A stretch of DNA of 64,000 nucleotides from Pecten maximus (Eukaryota). The translations under genes and the position numbers were made by a program. This document shows positions 54,991 to 64,000 of the stretch, piece after piece (position 1 is the first letter of the stretch; each line of letters begins with the position of its first letter). Location: NCBI RefSeq assembly GCF_902652985.1, contig NC_047020.1, positions 38,316,001 through 38,380,000 on the forward strand, in the 5' to 3' direction. The notes under the pieces were generated by a model that saw only the letters and a program-made list of their open reading frames with translations, made no database searches and was not told the origin of the DNA.

Positions 54991-56329
54991 TTACACTTTC
55001 GTCTGGTGAGCAAAAGATCTTTCGCACTCAAGTTTTCCAAAATCAATGAGTAAGGTATGCAATTTATAAATAATATTGTCAAGGCCATAAAATCTCCCAG
55101 TGTTCCTTTCAGCACTCTTCAGACGTGCATCCATATTGGCCAGCAACTTCAATATTTCATGCTGACAGCAGGAGACGTCACTGATGACATCAGAAGGTCC
55201 CCAAACCACACAGTTCCTGGAGCCAGATAAGCTTTGCTGGGACGAAAACATGGACACTCTAGGAGCACAATAGTCATCCTGGATAAAAGAATCATCTGCA
55301 TTCTCAGAGGAGTCGTCTTCCAATGGTGCAAGCAATTGCTCTAATCTCTCACGCAAATACTTCATATCATTTTCCTGTTGCGATCTGTCTTTACTCGACG
55401 TATTTTCCATGTCCACAACTTTTCCAAGATATTTTTCCCCGTCCTCTGTTTGAAAAAAACACAGCATTCACTTATTCATGTTTAAATCGAGATCAGGTTT
55501 GAAAACTGTCTTGGCGGAGGGATAAAAAATAAACTTAGAAATAGAGAAACTATGCATAGCACAACCTACCTTGACCTCCTCGCTGTTTTTGCATAGTCCG
55601 TCTAGGATCATACGTACTGGTTCAAGAATCTCCTTTGGGTCGCAGACACTGAATCCTACCTGTACATTCTGGCACCTAGACATCTTCACATACCGTGCGT
55701 TTTGTGCAAATTCTGTCAATGTATCCGTCATTTCTGATATCACCTTTTGTTGCTTTTCAATTGTTTTCATCATTTCCATTTCCATTGCTGACTTTTCATT
55801 TTCCACTTGAAGCAATTGTCTTTCAAGTTGCTTGATGCATTCACACTCGCAAGTACGTTCACACGAGGTGATAGCTCTATCTTCAACCGGATTTTCTGTG
55901 ATAGAGTCATGGTCTTTTGTTGTGTTTTTGTTTTTTTCTTTTACCACTATCTTTCGTAAAGTGTTGCGTGAAGTTCAAAGAATTCTCACCTTGTGGTGTG
56001 GGTAGATTATAAGAATTCTTAATTCGTTTTCGCGTAAAAAGGCCTTTAATGTGCTGCTTGATTGACTTTTTTTCTTTTTTCCCCTCATTTCTTGGAGATT
56101 CCATGTCACTAACCTTGCTCTTGTGTTTCAATAAACGTCTTTTCTTTGTCTTCAGTTTAATCTGAGAGCTGAATGCATCCTTTGACTTTTCGTCGTCATC
56201 ATCTCTCATTTCATCTATCATTTCATGCATATGTGCAACAGATCTTGTCTTAAATAGACGATTGTTTTGTAGCTCTCCGTTTTGTGTAATATCCCGGAGG
56301 TCCGGCATGGATAGTTGGTTGGTAGCCAT
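54991..56329 (-). pseudogene. Cluster paralog D, frameshifted; exons about 55570..56329 and 54991..about 55449
   Basis: ORFs 55907..56329 and 55468..55947 overlap and are joined by removing one A near 55939-55942. Donor AAG|gtagg at 55569 is at the same position as in A-C. Motif YVKMSRCQNVQVG and C-terminal VWGPS. The expected acceptor reads tttttttcaa rather than cag. Confidence 0.75.
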
Positions 56330-56389
56330 GTTGTTTTACTGTTGTGTTATGATGGTAGCTGAAATGAAACAGAATAAAATCTGAATTTC

Positions 56390-56740
56390 TACAATCTGAA
56401 TTACTACGATAACCGTAATTCTAAATTACTACCACAAACGTCATTCTGAATTACTAATATCAACGTCATTCTTAATTACCATGAAATACATCAACCTGAA
56501 TTACTACTATATACGTCATTCTGAATAACTGTTATATACGTACATCATTCTGAACTACTACTATAAGCCACAAACTGAATTACTATTAAATACGTCATTC
56601 TGAATTACCACTGTAAGCCACAAACTGAATCACTACTAAATATGTCATTCTGAATTACTACTATAAACACAAACTGAATTTCTACGGTAGACGTCACTGT
56701 GAAATACCAACTTAAACAGCATTCTTACTACGTCATTATA
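56390..56740. repeat. Degenerate minisatellite of about 25-26 bp in the 5'UTR intron of D
   Basis: About 13 units of (ATT)CTGAATTACTACTA...ACGTC immediately upstream of the acceptor of D. Confidence 0.8.
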
Positions 56741-57699
56741 CTAATTATCTCCCTTTATGTGTTGTCGGCGTAGCTTTCACAAACCAGTTACTTTGAAAAT
56801 GAGAATGACAAAGAGGAAGGCTTCTTGTTTGCATTGTAATGCAACTAATATTTTTAGTTAAATGGATTTCAAGGATTTTTTTAAAGAAAAAAGGCACTTC
56901 AATGTAATAAATGCTGGTCGGTAGTCCCGCTATAATCTAATCCTTTGGTCAAATTATCTTATCATTAATTTATCTGCATGGGAATATGGGAAATTAATAA
57001 ACATCATTGGCTAATTAATTCATTGGCCTCATACCTTTATGACGTCCGATCGATGAATATATTTCAAACCTTCCTGGTCTATGGCGAGTATGTTAACAAC
57101 CCGAGCACCCGTATATAAGATTTATCTCCTCCAATTGGTCGACATGCGAAGCACCTGACATTTTCTTGTTTCCTAAATTCAGTTTCAGTATCAAATGAAA
57201 TATAAAACCGTTATATTAAACTACCGCTGTAGAAAATCACTTAATATACGTCAAAAGTCCTAAACACCGAGACTATCATTTTAAACTCTCAAGGGAATGC
57301 AAAACAAAGTGCTTTACACTGCAATACCTGTGCGCGCATACAACTGGACATTTGCCAAATCTGACAGCACCGTATTGTGGACATAGCTCTTGTCATATAT
57401 CGTGTCCTACCGTCAAGGTTGTGATCACTAACCAAAGATCGATTCAAAAAGTATGTATGTGCCAAGTGCATTTGGTAGATAATTGTGTGTGCATAATCAT
57501 GTAATCGTACAAAGGCCTTTGGTTTACAATCTAAAACAAACATCTAGTATCATAATCCTGATAATGAAAGTTTTCATGGGTTAACTATCACCCGATTACA
57601 TAAATGTGGGCCTACTCAGTTATGCAGACAACCAAGGGACCGGTATCATCAATTGTCTTTAATTTTAGGTATGTAATTCCTTCACTAAAAATTTTCCAT

Positions 57700-58412
57700 G
57701 TAGGTGGGCAGATATGTCATGTCGTGCAATCCGACGTCCGCCCGTCAACAATTGACTTCTTCGTCTTAACGACTGATCAGAATTTAACCAAATTTGATAG
57801 GAAGCATCCTAGGTTGCTGGGATTCAAATTTAGATGAATGATGGTGCTTGCCTTCCAGGTGCCTGAGAGGCGGGGCCAAAAGGAGACCATTTGGCAATAT
57901 CGATAATAGCGACTCCTTCTCTGGAACTAAGTAATAAACATTGTATGACATTGATATTTATGTACTAACATCCTTAGATGGCTTGGATAGGATTCAAATT
58001 GATACAAATAATGGGTCTGACCTCTCAGGGGCCTGAGGGGCGGGGCCAAAAGTGGTCCATTTGGCAATATTGATATCAACGACTTCTTCTCTGGAACTAA
58101 GCATTTATATTTAAGTGTTAATATCGATATCCCTAGGTGACTTGGATTCAAAAGATAAACACATTCATACTCTAAACATACATGTAAGCTCAGGAATCTT
58201 CCCCGCCCCTGAAGACTTTGATCCTTTGTTATTTTTTTTAAACCGCTGAGATCCCTACCCCATAACGGTATATAGACATTGCTGGGCATCAGACGATAAC
58301 TAAAGATAAAAACAATTAGCCCTGGGGGTCTTTCCCCACCCCGAAAAACTTAGTTCCTGTTCCTTTGCTCAAATCAACCAGGTGAGCGATACAGGTCCTC
58401 TGGGCCGCTTGT
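57700..58412 (+). mobile_element. HINE/Helentron-associated non-autonomous element with internal tandem repeats of about 155 bp
   Basis: GTCC-type microsatellite remnant, two internal units (GCCTGAG-GGCGGGGCCAAAA...CTTCTCTGGAACTAAG), and a 3' CAGGTGAGCGATACAGG...CTTGT hairpin end typical of bivalve HINE/pearl-like elements. Confidence 0.75.
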
Positions 58413-58588
58413 ATTAAGTAAATGCATTGATTTATATATCATTAAAAAAAATGTCGAATAATGAAAAACTGTGAACTTGAAAGAGTTTATCTGTCAATTT
58501 GAATGACCATTTAATAACAATGACATTCTTTGGACTGCGATAACCGAACAGGGACAGAGTATCCTGACTTTCCTCTCATTGTCATTTA

Positions 58589-58886
58589 CAAAGGCAAAAT
58601 GTTTTCTGTCATTTCAAGTCAAATTTAGGTCAAGTTCAGGTCAATATTTTCAGGTCAAAATTGGCCTAAAAAGAGCAAAATAGTGAATTCATATAAAAAA
58701 TTGATCTGAATTTGACCAGATACTGACCAGAATTTGACACGAAAAAAAATCAAGGTCAAATTCAGGTCAATTTCAGGTCGAATTCTTGACCTAGAATTGA
58801 CCTGAAAAATTCTTCATGTGACATTGACTTCATTTTCAGATCAATATTTTTTCAGGTCAAATTTACCTCTAGACATTTTGCCTGTG
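58589..58886. mobile_element. MITE with subterminal TCAGGTCAA repeats (EnSpm/CACTA-like non-autonomous)
   Basis: TIRs CAAAGGCAAAATGT / ACATTTTGCCTGTG, TA on both flanks, and many TCAGGTCAA/TTGACCTGA motifs inside. Confidence 0.75.
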
Positions 58887-60079
58887 TAGTTTACTAGAGT
58901 TCCCTAAAGAGATACCGTCAATATGAATGAGTTGTCAGGAAAGAGTAGATGAATAGTTGATTTTTATTCAACTTTGTCATAAAAGCTAAAATCAAAGAGG
59001 TAGTTTGTATAAACTGACATAGTGTTTAACACTGGCCGTTGATTCATGGCAAAGTAGAAAAAACGGTCTTCTTAATAAGTACTGTCAAAGGAATATAAAG
59101 CAATTTCATTTAAACTGTACCTGTACATTTGCACATATATAATTGGACGTCTGCCAAATATGACGTCACATTTATGTAAATAATCGTTGAGACAGATCAG
59201 TCATCAATAACCAAATATCACATTGATAAGAAACCGTGTACCTAGCGCATTTGTCAGACACACATATATATACATATATATTTGGTAAGTAGTCCTCTGG
59301 TTTACAATAATAATCTAGTATTATAAGATCGGTGTTTTTATATGTCAACATGATATTAATAACTCACGTGCATTACAACAACAATGATATTTTAAGTAAT
59401 ACATTATAACAACCTCGTAATGTCGGGAAATATAACTACCTACTTAATCTGATATTATACTAAATAATTTAAATACAACATTTCAAATCACAAAACATTG
59501 TCTTTTGTCTTTTTTATTTCTTCTAATATCATTAAATGAGGTCATTTTCAACAACCCATGACGTATTTTGTTTCTAAAAATAGACAAGTCTTACATCAGA
59601 CCTATATATTAGCTAAACGGGTTATTCCACCCGTGGAATTGATTTTGATATGCCATAGTTTATCGAAAATATAACGTACAGTGTATTTGATTTGATAAAT
59701 GTGTGGAAAAGCATCACAGTTTTAAAATAACAAAACATAAAACATTGACTCTACGAAGGCGCATAAAAATTATAATTACTATATAGGAGTATTGACACTA
59801 CTAACTGTATGGTATCAATAACTGCAAATCCAACTTGTAGTAAAATTACCGCCATTAAATACATTTCTATTGACCATTTAAGTGGTTGTGGGTACATGTA
59901 CATTGTGTCATGATAAAACGATAGAATACAAATTACCTGGCACTGCCTAGGTGACAAAATAGCCATAAAGCGGATTTAATTTCCTGTTTTACGGATATGT
60001 TGTGTTAAGTGTGCTATAGTTTTTAAATGTTTCTCATCCTCACTGATATGATTTTTACTCAAAGTAATGTGGTTTCCCG

Positions 60080-60338
60080 TCCTCACTGATATGAATATTC
60101 ATTGATACTCCTATCCTCACTGATATGAATATTCATTGATACTCCTATCCTCACTGATATGAATATTCATTGATACTCCTATCCTCACTGATATGAATAT
60201 TCATTGATACTCCTATCCTCACTGATATGAATATTCATTGATACTCCTATCCTCACTGATATGAATATTCATTGATACTCCTATCCTCACTGATATGAAT
60301 ATTCATTGATCCTCCTATCCTCACTGATATGAATATTT
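60080..60338. repeat. 34-bp minisatellite, about 7.5 near-perfect copies, overlapping the stop codon of gene F
   Basis: CCTCACTGATATGAATATTCATTGATACTCCTAT at 60081, 60115, 60149 ... 60319. Confidence 0.97.
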
Positions 60339-60872
60339 ATGATTGCCGTGGTTCTTCCGAGCTGTTAGACAGCGATCTATAACTTCACCAACGTGAATGC
60401 TTACAGCGCTCGCTTCATTGATAATAAAACTACTCTTGCTTTCCGAGTACCGCACACTTTGCTGTGTCTCCAGTTCTTTAATTCTCTGGTGTAAGTATTC
60501 AATTTCTTCGTCTTTTTGTTTTAGCTTGTTTTTGAGAGCTACATTTTCTTCAAGAGTGGCGCTACTAGCGACAGAATAATAGACCGAATTATTTGAGCCT
60601 TTAGAGAACTTGCTTACCACATCTTCTACACACACATCTACCTGTCGTCGATTTTTTCTTTTCAATCTCAGTTTTTTTAGAACATATGACACTATACGAC
60701 GAAGCATGTTTTTTCTTTCTTCTTCTCTGATTTCGCCGTTTTCTGCGTCTTTGTTTTTCTGCCATGCTTGTTTCACTCCAGGCCATTGTTCAACATTAGC
60801 ATCAGTGGTAGCTGTGTCGTACCTCTGTCTAGAATACGCCCGTTCACTCTGGGTCCTCCTCAAGGATGTCAT
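60321..60872 (-). CDS. Distant cluster member F: basic helix, coiled coil and degenerate RHIM-like motif; 183 aa, intronless
   Basis: First ATG at 60872 (GGCATGA). Basic helix MLRRIVSYVLKKLRLKRK, coiled coil LEENVALKNKLKQKDEEIEYLHQRIKELE, then FIINEASAVSIHVG; same domain order as E. Confidence 0.72.
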   Translation of the reverse strand: MTSLRRTQSERAYSRQRYDTATTDANVEQWPGVKQAWQKNKDAENGEIREEERKNMLRRIVSYVLKKLRLKRKNRRQVDVCVEDVVSKFSKGSNNSVYYSVASSATLEENVALKNKLKQKDEEIEYLHQRIKELETQQSVRYSESKSSFIINEASAVSIHVGEVIDRCLTARKNHGNHKYSYQ

Positions 60873-60985
60873 GCCTCTACGGTCTGGTTTCAAGTCAACT
60901 ACATGTGAATACACAGTTTGTCAAACAGTGGCCGAACCTTTGTGCGAGCGATAGAATTCTGTTGTAATTTAACTTCCGCTTAAAC

Positions 60986-60992
60986 CTTTATA
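60986..60992 (-). promoter_or_regulatory. Candidate TATA box of gene F
   Basis: TATAAAG about 115 nt upstream of the ATG, followed by an ETS-like GCGGAAGT. Confidence 0.35.
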
Positions 60993-61379
60993 CCTGATAC
61001 ACCCGCATTATGACAGTAGGTATGGCTAGGTAATCAGCGTAATTAGACTTGGCAGTTTAACACACAAAAAAACACGTAGATATGACCTTACAATAGATAT
61101 TTATTCGTAACATTTGAGGTCATTTCCAACAACCCATGATTTGATTTCTCCAAAAGTTGATTTAGCATTTCATCAGACCTGATTATTAGCTAAAAGGATC
61201 TTTCCACCTTCAGATCAAGTCTGTTATGCCATAGGTTATCAAAAATGTGTTTAATTTGATAAATGTGTGAAAAATAACATTTCAGTTTTAAATTTGCACT
61301 ACAAAACATTGACTACGAAGGCGCATTAAAGAAGGTACATGTACAATGTATTAGCTTTTAACATGGTGCTGACAATCTA

Positions 61380-61715
61380 CGAGGGATGGTTGATATGTTA
61401 TGAACTTCGTATTGAAGGAGTTACTCAAGGTTGCTCTTTTATAGGGCCGTGTACCCAAGGACTGGTCTCATTTATATCGACGAGGTAGCACTCTAGAGTA
61501 AACAAGACATGCGTCTTTTGCAAAATGGACAAAATCGGTGAAAGAGCAGTGATCCAATATTTACATAAAAATGTTTAACACCTAAGGATATCCATAATGA
61601 TATTGTAGCAAAATGGGGGAAAGATGCCCCTTCATATGCTACAGTGAAAAGGTTGGTGACGGATTTAAGCGCAGCCGAAGGAACCTTGAGGATAACTCCC
61701 GTCCTGGAAGGCTTG
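61380..61715 (+). mobile_element. Mariner (Tc1/mariner) 5' relic with frameshifted transposase N-terminus
   Basis: TA|CGAGGG terminus. From ATG 61525, with two frameshifts: MDKIGERAVIQYLHK..LTPKDIHNDIVAKWGKDAPSYATVKRLVTD.KRSRRNLEDNSRPGR, the mariner HTH region. Confidence 0.85.
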
Positions 61716-61727
61716 TCAATGTTGCAA

Positions 61728-62220
61728 CTTCTTCTTCTTCTTCCCGTAACCTCACTTCCACATTTTAACAAAATGGCCGCCATTTCCTGGCCTCTGATTG
61801 GTCCAAATTTACATATTGTCCGATTTTGATGAAATTTGGTATGTACAATGTAGGTACATCATGGGACAACGGTCACTCTCGTTACTTCACTTTCACTTTT
61901 TAACAAAGTGACCGCCATTTCCTGGCCTCTGATTGGTCCAATTTGAGATATTGTCTGATTTTGATGAAATGTAATGTAGGGGTATTAGGGGACTGCAAAA
62001 TCAACTGAATGGGTTTCTTTGTCATAGCAACCATACGGAGGCTTCTGATTGGTTGAAATATAGATGTTGTTTGATTTCAATGATCGGTAAATAGGGATAT
62101 TGAGGGATGCCGAACATAATGGTACGACTGCGGGGGCGTTTTGGGGGACTTCTGTAATGGTTTCCCATTACAATTAGTACTTGAAAAAATATGACGACGA
62201 CGACGACGAAGATGGCGACG
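61728..62220. mobile_element. HINE/Helentron-like non-autonomous element with internal repeats
   Basis: (CTT)n start, two copies of CCGCCATTTCCTGGCCTCTGATTGGTCC...TTTTGATGAAAT; truncates the mariner relic; a (GAC)n run precedes the gap. Confidence 0.55.
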
Positions 62221-62408
62221 NNNNNNNNNNNNNNNNNNNNNNNNNNNNNNNNNNNNNNNNNNNNNNNNNNNNNNNNNNNNNNNNNNNNNNNNNNNNNNNN
62301 NNNNNNNNNNNNNNNNNNNNNNNNNNNNNNNNNNNNNNNNNNNNNNNNNNNNNNNNNNNNNNNNNNNNNNNNNNNNNNNNNNNNNNNNNNNNNNNNNNNN
62401 NNNNNNNN
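62221..62408. other. Assembly gap (N run)
   Basis: N bases. Confidence 1.
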
Positions 62409-63523
62409 CCTTGCCCTCCTCCACGGCCGACTGTGTCCCGTCGATCGCTCCGGTTATGGTTTATGTCGACATTGTAGTCATGATAAAGATAGCGTTTGCT
62501 CAATGTTTATCGAGTCTATTCTTGAATTATGTAGGGTTGATGTTTTCATGACCTTGTTTGGTAGGAAGTTTCAGCTGTTTACCACCTTTGTGCAAATTAT
62601 GACTTTCGTTTATCTTGCCTGCTAAGCTTTTTAGCATTCTAAAAATACATAATTTATGGCCTATTGTTTTTTTGTTGAATTTTACTTTAAGAAATTTGTG
62701 ACTGTGACTAGCGATTCGTACAGGTTATGTGTGAGCTTGTAGTCTTCTGAGTCTTCTGAATCGTAATGTTTGAACTTTAAATTGTCTTAGCCTTTCTTAG
62801 TATGATAAATATTTCATTCCTGGTATTTGTTTAGTTGCCCGCCTTTGAAGATTTATTATACTTTCAATGACAGTTCCAGTGTTGGATCTGACGGAGATTT
62901 GACTCCTTTTTTGTGTGAAAAAGTGGAGCTTTTTGTAGATTTCCCCCCGTTTTAGTACGATGTTATATACCCGGTATATGGTATATATATATATATATTA
63001 TCAACCATCAAGTGTGTATCCGGAATTAATCAATATCATCTTTTTATGTTAGTATGTTTATTGTTCCGTAATTTGTGTCCTTCCATCACCGGAAGTTGTT
63101 TTGATGTTTAGTTGAAGAAGAATAAAATATAAGTTGGAGGCACCACGTGTTAGAGATTTTCTATATTGTACACACAGCCAAGCAAACCCCAAACACAACA
63201 ACGATTGCTAAAAAGACACAATAATGAAGAACAAAAAATAGACATTGTATGTATGTTTTAAACAATAGCCAGTTTAATAACGAATGAATAAAGAAAATTA
63301 TTATTGCCACCTCTTGTTAAACACACAGGCTAAAAATCGCTGTTAGATAAAATACAATATGCATAGTCCGGATATTCTTCCTAAGTGTCGGGTCTGGGGC
63401 CGACGTACATTCTCACCCTACAAAATCGAACCGGAAGTGAACAGTGGAAGATATCGTAATTTATTTTGATTTATCATTAGGCCTACAGAATTTTGGTAAG
63501 TTTTTCCTTTTTCCGTGATCTTG

Positions 63524-64000
63524 TTAGCTCACCTGGTCCGAAGGATTTGACTGGTAGATTTGTTTTGGGGGGTAGGGATTAAAGACCGTAAAAATGATGG
63601 TGCTGACCCCCCCCCCCCGGGGGGGGGGGGGGGGGGGGGGGGGGGCCAGAAGGTAGGGGCAAAAAGAGGTCAATTTGGCTAAATTGATAAACGAATACAG
63701 TAGAATCTAGGCTATCTATTTGTAGCATTGTGATACAGAAGAAACCTTAACCAAACAGAACACAAGTTTTCACTTTGATCAGAAGAATTCATTTTACTGA
63801 AATGCAACGATCGATATAAAGTCACGATGAAGCACGTTCGCTTTTAGCCCCAGTTTCTTCTGTAGCTATGCTCAGGCATTTTTATTTTTTATCAATATAC
63901 TTGCAACCTGTATGTTTATGCATGAAGCATCTATTAGGCATGGCAATAAAAACAAGAGGCCCATGGGGCCTGTATCGCTCACCTGGTTGGATTTGACCAA
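63524..64000. mobile_element. HINE fragments (5' end at 63524; reverse-oriented 3' hairpin end at 63950-64000)
   Basis: TTAGCTCACCTGG start. AACAAGAGGCCCATGGGGCCTGTATCGCTCACCTGG matches the reverse complement of the 58378-58412 end. Confidence 0.65.

Noticed and set aside
55907-55947. Programmed ribosomal frameshift in D
   Set aside because: The required shift is +1, paralogs A-C are contiguous here, and a second lesion at the acceptor points to decay or assembly error

Overview
AT-rich eukaryotic DNA with spliceosomal introns, tRNA-derived V-type SINEs, HINE/Helentron-like elements, MITEs, a solo LTR, a mariner relic and two N gaps. The repeat repertoire suggests a bivalve mollusc (inference). 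The main content is a minus-strand cluster of six related orphan genes spread over about 42 kb (19.5-60.9 kb). Paralogs A, B, C and D have two coding exons and a phase-0 intron at the same position; D is frameshifted. E and F are more distant and have a single coding exon. All six share a basic amphipathic N-terminal helix, a disordered linker and a coiled coil. A-D then carry a V-x-(I/M)-x-x-C-x-x-(V/I)-(Q/K/H)-(V/I)-G motif that aligns without gaps to the RIPK3 RHIM (VNIYNCSGVQVG); E and F carry a degenerate version. No kinase, death, TIR or NACHT domain is visible. My best hypothesis is an undescribed, rapidly evolving array of RHIM-type amyloid-signalling adaptors or decoys with diversified core tetrads. 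The intergenic DNA records active birth-and-death evolution: a chimeric paralog, multiplied non-coding cassettes, a copy-specific minisatellite expansion, transposon insertions with empty sites visible in sister copies, and a template-switch hairpin. No database searches were run, so all family assignments come from visual motif recognition.
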